From: Balanoglossus misakiensis
Taxonomy: Eukaryota; Animalia; Hemichordata
DNA: 64,000 bases
Reading direction: 5' to 3'
Assembly (NCBI GenBank): GCA_040954595.2
Contig: CM082579.2
Location: 8,607,625-8,671,624, forward strand
Below, piece after piece: positions 48,160 through 62,014 of the stretch. The translations under genes were made by a program, and so were the position numbers. The notes under the pieces are model-generated. The model saw nothing but the letters and a program-made list of their open reading frames with translations, made no database searches and was not told where the DNA came from. Position 1 is the first letter of the stretch, and each line of letters opens with the position of its first letter.

Positions 48160-51100
48160 CTAATAGAGGCTTGTTTTCTTCATAATCCTCAGAAACTCTG
48201 CCTCGTTTATTTCACCGTCTCCGTCGCGGTCTGCTTCGTCGATCATTTCCTGGGGGGTGGAATGGAGAAGACATGATTATAGATCAGTCAGTGTTGACAG
48301 TTGGAATTAGTTGGATCCTGCACTGCATCTATGTGACTTTTCGTTCGGGTATTTGGATGAGCAGAACAGCCCATCAAAAATCATTGTCAATATTTTTTGT
48401 CACTTTCAATGAACTGTCCACAGGGAAAATGGCTTAGAAAAATAATGTTATTCATGTTCTAATTTGTGCAGGATATGAAGAAACACCCAGGTGCCTTAAA
48501 AATCACATCTAATGACCAGTAGTCATGTATCTAGCAAGAAAATAAGACATACTGTGTTCTTCAGCAAAAAAAAAAAAAAAATACTGACAGACAGGTCTTT
48601 TGAAATCCTAATGGAATCCCACATGATTTGCCTAGCTTGTGAAGGTTGCCTGAATTAAATATCATCATCCTCTGAAAGCATATGTCTGACAAGTGTAGAC
48701 CTACTATTGACTGCAATCAAGCGACTGGTTCTGCAGTGAGAATGTTTTCTACAAAAGCAGTTTTGTGAGAAGTCTGATGACAAGTACTTTATACAGCTAA
48801 GAGTACCAATATAGAAAATTGAGATTGCAGCGCTAAAAAACATCTATAAAACTACCATACTCATATATTCTCTTCAAATCATCTTGATTCATATTTTTCT
48901 GCTAGCCGCACTTAAAAACAGGCTGTATTCACAATTTTTGTATGCCCCCTTACCTGGAGTTCTTCATCTGTAAGATTTTCTCCAAGCTCCTTGGCAACTC
49001 TTTTGAGATTCTTGAATGATATTTTACCGGTTTCATCGTCGTCGAATAGTCTGAAGGCCTTCAGGATTTCTTCTTTTGAGTCCTTCTCACTCTGCAACAG
49101 AGAAGGAATGTACACGTCTGAGTGTCAGTACGCAACATGGGTGTTGTATTGTATTTGTTACTTGTGTTGCATAGAAACCCGTAATTTAATATTCACTTTA
49201 ATATGCACATTTTTTGTTCGAACTGTGATCTATTCAAATTCTCAGTTTCACCTACTGCATGTCACTGTTCTAATGTATTTAGCGAGTTATGAAATGGGGG
49301 TTCTGTTTTTTTTTCTTTCAATAAAGTAAGACAGTTGCCTAGGGTTCTGGGCAACCCAGCAGACACAATGCGATGATATCATCACTGTTGTGAAGTGGAG
49401 AAGTTTTCTGTAGTAATACAGAATGTTCATCAAATTTCTTTTGTGCTTTACAAATGTGAAATACAAAGGAGAGCAACACTAGAATTTCTTGAGAAGAAAT
49501 TCTCAACTCTCACTTAGAGCTCAGCAAATATGATTCACTCTGACTGTCCTCACAATAATTCGCGCTTTTACAGGATACTAGTAGATTAAGGAATTCAGGC
49601 AATTTCAATCGGTTAGCTTCAAATTTAATTAACCTTCACAATGAACCATTCACCCTACTTGCTACTCTCTCTCAATGACCGTGATTGATCCTAATTACAT
49701 GTAAAGCTAAATACATGGATTAGAGCTGATGTTCGTAGCCAGTGACGCAGATACTGAGCTGGAACATAATTATCAGCTTGTGCTGAGCTGGGATGCACAG
49801 CGTGTCCAGGCATGCCAATTTCCGAGAAACTTCATTACCGAGCAGTCGAGATCTAACAAGGCAGTGGCAGTGCATACTCACAGGGCCGAGGGGTATATAT
49901 AACTGATTGTGAGAAGTGATGAGAATGGAATGTTTACACACAATGGATGCTGGAAATCTCATCTTGAGTTAACAATATCACACAAGTCCACAGCCTGAGC
50001 TGACAGGTCTATTTAAGTCAAATACCGTAAGTGACCTGAATAAAGTGCCCCTGCTTGACTTTGTGCTAGCACGAGGTGATCAACTTGACACAGAAATTGT
50101 GCAGCCTTCTTCAATGATGTAACAGATATTTTACAATTATCTTTCAAGTTTGCCACAGGAGGCAACAGTTGATCAAAATGATGTAGCTCTTTCTACTTCT
50201 CCAGAATGAAAAGGGGAAAGCAGAGTGCTGTTAATACTCATAGCTGCTGAATTTTAACAATCGAAGCTTCTTCCATACATGTACATGTATGCAGCTAAAT
50301 GCAACAGGGGAGTGTAGAATGATCGTTAAATCTATATAACGCAGCTACCTATCACCGACTTCTCTCTAATGCCCCTGAGCAGATTTCCAGAATGGGTAAT
50401 ATAGCATGGAGCTAACCCGTACCTGAGACAGAAATTGGCTGGGTAGCTTCCTTGTTAAAGTTAAGGAAAATACAATTAAAGACGGACGTTCTTGTAGCTG
50501 ACTTCATGTCTAACAAAGCCACAGGGGATGAACGCTATGTACAGCAAGCAAAACAGAATCTGGCTCAACTTCTAAAATCAAATTGGGAGTGGGAAGACCC
50601 CATTAGAGAGATTGCCCGGAATGTTTACAGTTTTAATACAATGCATACTCTCATTTGATTAAATGATGTCGTGTTTGATAAGTCCTCGCGGTCCGTAATA
50701 AGAGCTTTTTCCAACGTCAAACAATGAGGAAGCGAAACGCATTCACTATTAATCAACATCACTTGTTACCAGGACACAGCGCCGAATAATTCAGTTGGCC
50801 TGGGAATAAGACCTCTGAAGAAAACACAAATGTCCGCATGGTTCGCAAGCCGTCTAAAGAAAGATATATTCCTTTTTAACTGGTGACACTGCATGCAAGA
50901 CACCTACAATTAACACTGAGCCTTTTGTGTTGAATTCTGCAAATTACACCAAAGGTCAATTAATTTATACAGCTGAGAGACAAGGCTGAGACGTGAGATT
51001 CTAGCCAATGTGGGCGGGGTAATATTGTAAGCATAATTCACTTTATTTCAACGGAACCGCCGGTCCAATCAAACGAATCCCTTTTCTGATAGCTGTTAAT

Positions 51101-54100
51101 GAGAGGAACAGCGACCACCTTCTTACCCGGCCTTGGGCTGCATGCAACTTCATCACTGATGATCCATCAACCCCAGCTGTTGCCTATTAATGCAATCTTG
51201 GCTGCTTCAATGATGAGCTGTGTATAAGTGACACATAAACAATTCGCACCTGGCCGTTTCCTGACTTCAGACATTGCCAAATCCCAAACACACACCTTTC
51301 GGTACAGTGCCGGGATAAATCCAGAAACCTTATCAATACTTTCTGACTGGACCAATTACAGCACCAAACATTATTACAAAGTGAGTGAACAGCTTAAGTA
51401 CAGGTTGATGAAAAATAAAAATTCTGGCATGTTTACGTCAATTGTTATATCACCTCCATAATTGTGAAATATTGCTGACTGTACAATGAAAAAAGAATAT
51501 TTGCATGAATGCACACAACGTGTTGAATAATAACTTCATCATTACAATACACGTGTCTTCTCATCTATCCCCGGCTAATGTTTTCAAAATCTAACATCAT
51601 GAAATTTGTCTCTTAAATGCACAGAAGATTTACTATGTTCGACAAGTCTCACTCGGGGAAAACATCATGAGTGATTGCTTTCATAAAATGGCGGTGAAAA
51701 AAAAGAGAAAATGCCTGTAGCAAATTGATGATCTTGCATGGGGCTCTGCTCCGATATTTCATTTGTTCAGAGATTTACACAGAGTACTTTGCAAAGCCCT
51801 GAAGCTGTGGCGATACTGGCTATGCATAAAATATGATATGAACTTGGGGAAATATTACAAGCTCTCTTTATTCGCAAAAAGGCTTGCTGCACCAATCAGT
51901 TTAATATGGAAGCTACTGATAAACCCAATACACCTTACGGTATTCATTTTTTTAAAAACATTTTGTGCAATGTACAAATCTTTGACAGAATAAACTATTC
52001 ACCTTCTTAAAGCTTTGCTACTAACTGGTAACTTAACAGAATAAGGTTTTTACCCAAGTTTACTTTCAAATGATAAAGCACATCTGTGTTCAACCTGACG
52101 GTCCTTTCTCAGAATTTCTTCACTGGCAAATTCAGATTCTGACCATCTTCTGTCATGGTCTGAAGAAGGTTTGTAAAGCAGCCAGGTACTGAACTTAATG
52201 CATAATAATATTGATCTGTTTCTTTTTTATGATGTGGTTTAAGAGAGTGTAATTTAATTTGATTGTACTCTCTCAACAGTGAATTAAAAACTTCAGCAGG
52301 CTATTTCTGAGGCTTTGAAGTTTTAAAACATGCCATCATCAAACCTTCTGATTATCACCATTTTTTTTTACTTAATGAACATTTGATATGTCTAAATACA
52401 CCTAAAATAAATGAGTGGTAAAATTTAGGCTTCAACAGAATATAGTCACTCGTACAATATAAAGTATTCCTGAATCCTACTCAAAGATTATTTATTGTCA
52501 CTCTAAGTGAGCGGGTAGTCAGGCAAAGGTGGACGGCCGCCAAGGTCGGTACAAATCTATCCATAAAAAAACCTTCCTAAAACCATGCCTTGCAGGGTTA
52601 ACTCTCGCTGTGCTAAAGTCGGCCAATTGTGAGTTTGCAGAAAATCAATCGTCCGTACAGGCTTAAAGAACACAGCGTGTGTCTCAACATGCGAATTGAA
52701 GAAGATATGTACTTGTTTTCAACACTGTGTAGTTGACGCTTGTTCCGCATACAAATTTCTTTCGGCTTGTGAAATGCACGGACGCCACGCTACAAATTTC
52801 AATTTTCTGGCACATTGAGTTTTCAAAGAAACCAGAATCACGACTGTGAAAGCTCAAATTTTTCTTTGATAATTTTCAACACATTTTTTTTCTCTGACGC
52901 AGAGTCAGACTGCTTCTCTGGTGGTGTGAATAGATGTTGATTCCTACGCAGGAAATTACCGGGTAATTACAGAACATTTCACGGCGAAGAAATAAAAAAA
53001 GCTGGCGCAGTTTTTATGGCAGAGTGATTGCAGACCCTGGAGACCGAAAATGGAAATAGTAGCGTTCTACCCAATTTTTTGTTATTATCTAACACCATGA
53101 AGTGTGAATAGTGGAATGTGAAATGCATGAACGCTTGAATCTGGGGCCATAAAAACTGTCCAAACTTTCATCCTCAAACACTGAAATCTGTCAACAAAAT
53201 GATTGCAAATCCTTGCTGGCTTACCATTTTCGCTGTCATGAGTGTGACAAAGTCATTGAAGTCTATCGTGCCCGAGCCTTCTTTGTCTATATTCTGAATC
53301 ATGTGCTTGATTTCTTCTTTCTTCGGTTCGAAACCCAGTGCTCTCATTGCGACCTGGCAAATCACAGAAAAAGAAACGTTCACATCAGAATAAGAATTCC
53401 GTTTAAGAATTATCAAGAACAATAACATTTTGAAATGAAAAAAGTAAACATACATCAAGAGAGAAGTACATTATTTATTCCTTTTTATGTGTTTTTTATA
53501 TATAAAATTGGAAAGTGAAAAAATTTCTGCAGGCGATGGATGTGTGGCCATATAATATACAGTGACAGAGTAACTTCTCAATCATATTCAACAGACATAT
53601 AATGATACCCGCACGTTTGATACCCAGTATTATTGAAGCAAAATTCACCATGGCGACAGGTTTTCTTCGAGTAATCCTGTAACATTCTGCTTCTAAATTT
53701 CCACTGTGTTATTGTGTGTCCAAACAAACGCACAAATCTCTGCCCCTGTCGTCGTTCATCAAACATGCTGCTGTAGCCATGAGCTACGGCATAATCTATC
53801 AAAGCTTGCTGTCGTTTTTTTTTTGACACAGACCTGGGAGACAGTGCTTGAATGTCATCTTCGGAGGAGTAACAAACACTAGGAACATTAATAATGAATG
53901 CTGATCTGTAGTGGTGCATGCATCAAATGTGAAAAGTGAAGCACCCAGGGTTCACATAATGTAAAATATATTAATTTTATATATTGATGGTGAAAACTCA
54001 AGCAAGGCCACAAAGCCTTCTTGAATCTAGGATTCAAGGAAGCATTGATTTGCCCCGGGGGACAGATTTTCACGAAAATGATAGTCCTCCGAACCTTTGC

Positions 54101-56824
54101 AATATTGATGTGAGGAGTCTTTTCGAAAAACAAAACAAAACAGGGTGTTCAACATCATGTTTTCTTGTATGACAATATTTTAATTTTTCTCCACAGGAGT
54201 AACACAGATTGGCACGTTTTTTCTTCTTTCAAATTTGTGGCATTTTGGCTCGCTCATTAAAAATTGTGCATGATGATCCCCAATTTTTATTCTCAATTTT
54301 GTAAGAATAAACTAAGGCTAAAGGTGCTTTAAGAAATAAGATGTTTGAGGCTTTTGTTTTTTCGAGGGGCATACTACCTTCAGTGTCAAACCAAGAGGAT
54401 CTTCGTAAATTCACTTTCATCTTAAGTACACATTTTCGAAGTTCACCACTACTGGTAAACACACTGCAGATGACGCAGTTTCATTATACATGTGCACAAT
54501 AGTCACGAACCACGTGAATTGTTCTGCTTGACAATATGGTCACCATATGTCTAGAGGCAAATAACAGTTCTCTCCTACCTTCAGTTCTTTGACGTCTATG
54601 GTTCCCGCTCCCTCTGCATCGAAGAGATCAAACGCTTCTCGGATCTCTTGCTTCTGTTCTTCGGTGAGCTCTGGCTTTGGGCCGGTTCTCTTCTTCTGGG
54701 CGCCACCCAACGCGGATCTCTTGTACGACGATGCCTGGCGATGAAAGTGGGAGATTTTTGTTTTTTTAAAAGTTACATTTTTTAGAACGGTTGGTTAATA
54801 TTATCAACGTTCTGGAGCCAAAGTCACTAGACATGACTTCGTTTTTGTTATAATCATTTCTGAAAGTGCTGTTGTGAGAAAGTATAAGAAAATTTACCAT
54901 ACTATGTACATCAAACCGATGTTTTTTTCATAAGCAGTGAGGGAGTGATTGTTGTGCAATCCTGGGTAGACCACCAACAAGTATGATCATCTGAGATTCG
55001 TAACTATGGATAACACTAATGAGACTCAACCAAGTCCTGGCAGAGGGGGGTACAGGAGGATGGCAACTGAGGGACGCTGAGAGCCTCTCTGTTGAATTCT
55101 GCTCACCCTTCTGACAATAACATCCTCATCGCTGAAAAGGACTGCGAGTGTGGATATTTATTATCTATTGCTTGCACATGCAAGGTCTTACAAATCATTA
55201 AAGTTCAATTCTTTAACCGATTTTCTTCTTCAATATCAACCAGAACGGTGACGATTATGAAGATCATTATCTACGCTCATTAGAGCCCCTTCAATTTCAT
55301 ATTTCATGGGCAATTATATTTGACACTTAAAAATGGTCGCTTTTGTCATACGTCATGTTTCAACCACATGGATTCAAAATAACGTCTTTTCATGAGAAAG
55401 AATAACCCAATGGCAGTGCTTTCCATAATCAATTCCAAACACATGCGATCAGTTATCACTAAAGAGACAAAAAAACTGGGAATGTTTTACGCTGAAAAAT
55501 ATTAGTGGACTCTAAACGAAGCAGTAAACTGCCCATCAAAGCTTATTTTATGATTCATAAATTAATAAGGAAGGTATCGTGTGAGCAGCAGAAAATAAGA
55601 ATTTAATCTGTTTACTCCAGGTGCATTAGTACAGGGGTATAAATATTACATTCCTCCCTGTGGCAATCTGTCCAGAAACCACAATACTACACCTTGCGAC
55701 ATTTTGTGAGCAAACAGGGCCTTGGGTTCATTATCACAAGCATGAACCAGAACAAACGCAGGCCACGTATTGCGAATTTAACTTTATTTTTCAGTTTCAC
55801 TTAAGGATTGCAGCAAAATTCAAAGTGCGTTTGAAGTTTGATACAAAGAAGCGTTCTAGATAGCTGAGCCAATATCAGGGGTGAAGGCGGAGATGTTCCG
55901 TGTCATTTATGAACTCAGAGACAAACTGCTGATTCTTATGTGACAGCCACAGGGCACTCCATTAATTATCCACAAATGTTTTTTTCTAGACAAGTGATGT
56001 ACAATGAGTGATCCACATTCCATCCTATCTTGTATGTTTTCAGATAAGTCACCGAAATGATAATTTTGATTAAGGCAAAACAAACGCATGAAAGCAGAAC
56101 ATTTCCTCACGCACACAATATTTGTTTTCTTATCGATCTTTTAGTAATTGTCTGAGTGATATGAACGGATCGAAACTGAAATGGTCATGTTGTAACATGT
56201 TAAGCTGCGAATGTACTGTCAACAGTCGAATGAATGGAATGGTTGTGATAAGTTATATTACGTTATTGTGGTTATTTTTCTGGACATGTGTCATTTTTCA
56301 CTCAACAATTTTGCAATACGAAAATGGAAAGACCTTCATACTTTTCAAGGGCACATATTTATTTCGCTGTACTACGCCTCGTAATGCAAGAGACGGTTTG
56401 AATTCTTTTCCCTACGGCAGCAAGTACAAGCATGATTTTTCAGGTCGCAGAATTAGAAATCGCCCAGATCTTCATGGGAGATTCCCCGATCAAAGCCGCA
56501 ATCGATTTCTCATAATATAGAAATTTTGGCCAGAGAGATTCATTCGATTGATGACACGGAAAGTGACATGTACTAATAGTAATAACATCTAATTTTGACG
56601 GTAACTGTACATGTACATTGCATTGTAGCCAGCCTGACACTGACAATCGGAATGGATTACACCAGCACACACGTTGCCATAACCAAAACTGTTGTTCGTT
56701 CCCCCAAATATAGCAACCTAAAGACCAATGCCCTATATAGTACATTAGTATATAGTGTCAGATTTTGTTTTGAAGCAGCCGCATTAGCTCAAAAGTGTAA
56801 GATTTTTCAGCGGTTACTTACCAT
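48160..56824 (-). CDS. CETN2: Centrin (CETN1/2-type, caltractin; about 171 aa)
   Basis: complement(join 56822..56824 [ATG-only exon; alternative 54898..54900], 54579..54734, 53225..53353, 48954..49091, 48160..48249). [97 protein letters not shown]. Confidence 0.95.
55000..55014. promoter_or_regulatory. Putative RFX X-box upstream of an alternative centrin first exon
   Basis: GTAACT-ATG-GATAAC fits GTHNYY-N(0-3)-RRNAAC, about 100 bp upstream (minus strand) of ATG|GTAAAT at 54900-54898. Confidence 0.35.
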
Positions 56825-57222
56825 AGTGATACTTCCTGAATCGTGACCTGACTGCTATGTTTTGCTAGAAACGAACCAACCGCCAACGCAAGGGATTATG
56901 GGTATGATAACAGTTGCAAAGAGCTCGCTGATTGGTTTATCGCTTCGCGATCATGACCGCATCCTAACCTTTCGTGACCTTTGTTTTATTAGACTGTTAT
57001 CTCCATCACAATACCAGACGATGTAACTTCTCTTACTTCAAATGATAAATAAGCAGTTAAAATTCAGTGCGTTAAAGTGGTTAATGTTTCTTTTTATGAT
57101 CAGAGACCACATAAAAGTTGGAATTTTTGTCGAAGTTCTGACCCAATTAGAACCGCCGTTGCATGGTTTCTGCCGGTGACCCATAAGTCATGTCAAGTCC
57201 CGGATGTCGCGCGATATTCAAC
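56825..57222. promoter_or_regulatory. Bidirectional promoter between centrin and NSDHL
   Basis: Only 398 bp between divergent start codons (56824 minus, 57223 plus); contains a CCAAT-type ATTGG motif near 56931. Confidence 0.6.
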
Positions 57223-59365
57223 ATGGCAACTCGTAGCAGAAAGGTAATGTGATTTGCTGACAAGATTTTATTATTTCAGTTCACTGATTCCCAACTTTAT
57301 CGAGCAAAATTTATACTACACTAGCGTTGGATTTAACGTGATGTAACTTATGTTCGTGAAAACGCCCATTTTCTATCAGTGCCTTGCGTTGAAGAATGGA
57401 GGTTCATAGGTCAACTCGTTGGGCTGAGTCTGGTTACCATGGCATTGCGTGGGTTTTTGCAAGTTAGAAATCCATTGAGGTAGCCCACTACACACAAACA
57501 TATATGATTAGATTTTCTGTGATACTCTAACCTTTTAACTCAAATTGTTCATGTACTTTGAGTGTAACTTGCTTGCAAGGCGTCATCGTTCATTCGAAGC
57601 TGGTGGGGTGGGCGTGTCACATAATCTGGACACGCCCTTTTAGTGAACACCTTTCAACAAGTTATAATGTGTTGCACATTTTTTTAACAGAGCAAGACAT
57701 GCACAGTGATCGGTGGTTGTGGATTTCTTGGAAGGCACATAGTTGAAAAATTACTCGACAGAGGATACTCTGTCAATGTATTTGACATCAGACAAAGCTT
57801 TGAAGATGAACGGGTGAACTTCTTCACTGGAGACCTGTGCTCTCTAGAGGTATGTATGGTTGAAATATGAAATGGATAATTACTATTTTGCCCTGATAAC
57901 TTGTTACTAGAGAAACAAAGCGTCATAAAGGAATCAGGCATGTGCTTGAAAATCTGGAGAGAATATGACCGAAACAGGAATGAAACGTTTGTCTTGAGAG
58001 TGTTTTCTTTCCCTTGAAATCCCAACAGGACTTGTTACCCGCTGTCCAAGATGTCTATGCTGTGTTCCACTGTGCCTCACCAGCTGCGGCAAGTGATAAT
58101 AGGTTGGTACTGATATCTTATGGTATCATACAGACGGTGTTGCAGTGGGGAGTGTACAATGTGCAGTGTCTTCTTCATGGGGTTCACATTCCAACCCCAA
58201 AAGGCATTTCGAAAGGTGTTCTAAGATTCCTACTTTTCTTTTGTTTTAACAGAGAACTTTTCTATCGAGTTAATTTTACTGGTACCAAGAATGTCATTGC
58301 GACATGTAAGAAAGGAGGTGTTAAGGTAATACATTGTACAATAACATACTAGTATGTTCTGATTCTAATCAGTGGGTTGATTTTGCATCTATACAGAAAG
58401 ACATTGTTTTCAATGTCATGTGCATGTTTCAATTATCCGTTTGGAAACATGGTTTGCTTCTAAATATCACTTAGAATTTGTACTTGAAAATCTTCACTTT
58501 TGTGATTTTTTTAATCTCTTTACAGAGGTTGGTATTGACTAGCAGTGCCAGTGTAGTTTATGAAGGTCAGGACATTGAGAATGGTTCTGAAGATTTGCCA
58601 TATGCAGCAAAACCCATTGATTACTACACAGAAACTAAAATACTCCAAGAGAAGGTAAGAATAAACGGTTGCCAAATTTGTGTTCCAGTCATGGGATGAA
58701 TTCTGTCAGTGGTCATATTCATATATTTATTTACATAATTCATCCATAGCAAACACTGAAAGTATGTCTACTCAGGATAGGATTACTGGATTTGTGAATT
58801 TCTTACTGCACTGAATGTAGGTGGTTCTTGGAGCTAATAACCCAGCTGAAGAGTTCTTCACAGTGGCTATTAGACCGCATGGAATCTTCGGTCCAAGAGA
58901 TCAGCAGATGCTCCCCACAACTATAGAGATGGCCAAAGTTGGGAAGACAAAGTATATCATAGGGTAAGGGCACATTTGCAATCTCACTGGCCAATGGCCT
59001 GAAAAAAAATGCATATTTTCAATTTGTATGGCCACTATTTCCCATTCAAAGAAAATTAATGAAACTGCATTTTCAACCCAAAGACAATAGTGAATAATTA
59101 AATCAAAATTGCTGATAAAACTAGAAAATTGCATTCATACAAGCGTGATAAAAATGCGAGAATCACATTTCTCAAACTGAATGTACCATTTCTTCTTCAC
59201 CCATCAGGAATGGTAAAAATCTTGTAGACTTCACATTTGTTGACAACGTTGTTCATGGACATATCCTGGCAGCTGAACACCTTGGTGCAGATTCTGTTGC
59301 CTGTGGAAAGGTAAGTTTTTGGGAGAGAAAATTGAGGGAAGGTGGTACTGGTACTAGTGACAGTA

Positions 59366-59397
<32 letters not shown>

Positions 59398-59941
59398 ACA
59401 TTGTACAAGTATTTAGAACTCACTGTGGGAGAACTGAATGCAATGTTTGTCTTTATTGCAAGATACATTGTAACAGCGAGACAGGTTTTAAAGTTTTGGC
59501 TTCTGTACAGACTTGTTGCCAAATTTGATAATTCAGTCTCAGTACCCTTGTTTTCCTGAGAGAAAAACACAATGATCACCATAATGCATTATTTCTGTCT
59601 TGCAGGCCTACCACATCACCAACGACGAGCCGATTTATTTCTGGACGTTTCTGACCAGGCTGATAACTGGTCTGGGATACCCTGCACCCTGGCTCAATCT
59701 GCCCTACTGGCTCATGTACTACATGGCCTTACTGGTGCAACTCCTCTGCTTCGTACTCAAACCCATCGTGACAATCAAGCCCAGTTTCACTCCGATGAGG
59801 ATGGCGCTGGCTGGAACCCACCACTATTACAGCTGTCAGCGGGCCAAGGAGGACCTCGGCTACAGACCTCTAGTCAACATGGATAAGGCCATAGAAATCA
59901 CGCTGGACAGTTTTCAACACCTGAGAAAAAAGACTATGTGA
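57223..59941 (+). CDS. NSDHL: Sterol-4-alpha-carboxylate 3-dehydrogenase (NSDHL; about 345 aa)
   Basis: join(57223..57243,57691..57849,58029..58102,58253..58325,58526..58654,58821..58963,59208..59310,59606..59941)=1038 nt. Rossmann [11 protein letters not shown]; LTSSASVV; catalytic YTETK; [11 protein letters not shown]; [20 protein letters not shown]; C-terminal KKTM dilysine-type ER signal. Confidence 0.95.
59365..59397. repeat. (GAT)n microsatellite
   Basis: About 10 GAT units in NSDHL intron 7. Confidence 0.9.
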
Positions 59942-61117
59942 AATTTTGAATGGACTATCGCAAATGATTCTACGAGGAGTTTCTGCGACCAGTATATTAC
60001 TATTATTAGATCAGTGTGTGTGCAATCCATATTTGAACATTGATGTTTATTCAAATGGTGGCAACTATTCACCCTCTCTGTTTGGTACGTGCCCATGCTT
60101 GAAATGCTTTGGTCGCATCCATATACAGGGAAATGGGGGTGAAATGGTTCCTTGTGGTGCGATACAATTATACCCTTGAAATGAATCAGTGTTGGGTTGT
60201 TATGCACGGTCTCATTTACTTATCTCGTTTTGAGCAAAATTACACTTCTCGATAAATCCAAGTGCAATGTTTTAGTAAATGTGAAAAAAACACCACAATA
60301 TATATGTGAGATGGACTGTGCAAAGCTACCAGTGATTTTCATTCATCTGCTGTCATGTTGTGTACATGTACTTCGGGACAGACTTCCTCCTGTATTTGCC
60401 CATATTATTATGGAAAAGGTGCTTCATTTCTTAGAGGGGGGAGTTTGTCCAAGTAAGCTGGTGGAAAAGTAAAATTATGGTTTTTAAGATGGCGATTCAT
60501 AGATGTATGTTCTGTTGACCTTTAATATACAACAAACTTTTTAAATGGACCATTCATAAAATGTCTGTATTTTAATGGAGAGTCTGGTGTAAACTAGATA
60601 ATATTCGTAGCTGCCATTGTGATCATGCGACTAATTGTATTCAAGTTTTCTAAGAACTGTCATTGTAAAGTGTGCCGAATGTTCCCATATTTCTGATTGG
60701 GGTGAATTATCAGATGCTTCCAGGTGCAGTGTGCGTACGTATACGCGACATGGAGTCCAAGTTTTAGCACAATTCTGTCAAAGAGGGTAGCTCTTTTGAA
60801 CATTCCTAGCCAGTGAATTCTCAGTGTGTTTTCACCAAAGCTTTATGATTGTGTTGAAAGGGACTTTCTCAAATGTTACTGACGATGCAATCCTGGTTGA
60901 CAATTAGGTTTGTGAATTGGGATTTTCTAACTGATAGTACTGCTACTGACGTGATTGCATGTACATAACAACATCATCCCATGTGGTGTCACAGTAGCAA
61001 GCCACGTGATCTTAAGGCACTGTTCTACAAAAGATGAATAAAAATCATGACATCATTTGCAACAGATTGTGTATTCCCATTGATTTCATTAGGTGAACGA
61101 AAACTACTTCAAATGAC

Positions 61118-61560
61118 TGCAGCCCATAGTGCAAAAGTTGGGTGACATCACAAAAATTTCCAACACTTGGTGGCGACATTTACAATTCCAGAACAGATCT
61201 CAATCTCTTTGCCTACCAGGTGTGAATATGTCTGGCAATGTAGCGCTTTTTCAACACCTGTTCCAAGAGTGTAGAGCCTAATTGACCAATCACAAGTGCT
61301 GTGGTCTACCTGTTTCTCGCACACTCTTGGAACAGATGTGCAACGTAGACACTCTAATTTACATTGACCCAGGCGTTGACCTAATTCAATACACCTGGTT
61401 CACAAAATTTGAATATATATTGAAAATGTGCCTACATTGCCAGACAGATTCGCACCTGTTAGTCAAAGAGTTGAGGTCTGTTCTTGAATTGTAAATGTCA
61501 CCACCAAGTGTTGGAAATTTTCGTAACATCACCTTACTTTTTTAACTAAAATGGCTGCTG
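61118..61560. mobile_element. MITE/foldback element with about 140-bp imperfect TIRs and a nested inner hairpin
   Basis: AAAATTTCCAACACTTGGTGGCGACATTTACAATTCCAGAACAGA.. (about 61153) is inverted at about 61475-61521; inner arms ACACCTGTTCCAAGAGTGT / ACACTCTTGGAACAGATGT. Confidence 0.7.
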
Positions 61561-61735
61561 CACGCGAGTGCGTAAAAGACTGGGGTAAAAGTTACTCAAA
61601 GCAGTTTTATCACAAAATATTTCCTATTATGTGTGCACAATAAAATTTATTCTGCATGACAACACAAAATTAATTAAAGCACATAAAATTAATTCAAAGA
61701 AACATACAATTAATTTGAGATGCTTGTAAAATTAA

Positions 61736-62014
61736 AGGCACATAAGCTGCAACTTTTGGGATAATTATCATAATTTTTGTTTCAAACTGTACTACCATTA
61801 GTCCATGCAGATGAAGGCAGTGAACTATACACAAGCATTTTAAACCCTAAATATGATTGCATATGCAAGTTTTTACCAGATAAATAATAAAGCTTTGCCG
61901 CAAGCGATTATGGCCGCCACCGTGGGAAAATGCAAGAAACAATGAAAATGTTGCATTTCCATTGCAACAAAAACGTGATCTCATCCGCTTGAGCTCGTGG
62001 AAGTAAATGTACCT
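61736..62014. mobile_element. Inverted right-half copy of the Kolobok-like element at 280-783
   Basis: Reverse complement of about 496-783 (e.g. CCAGATAAATAATAAAGCTTTGCCGCAAGCGATTATGGCCGCCACCGTGGGAAAATGCAAGAAACAATGAAAATGTTGCATTTCC); bounded by TTAA|AGG and CCT|TTAA. Confidence 0.8.

Noticed and set aside
59253-59582. Poly-Asp and poly-Ser ORFs
   Set aside because: Produced by the intronic (GAT)n microsatellite in NSDHL.
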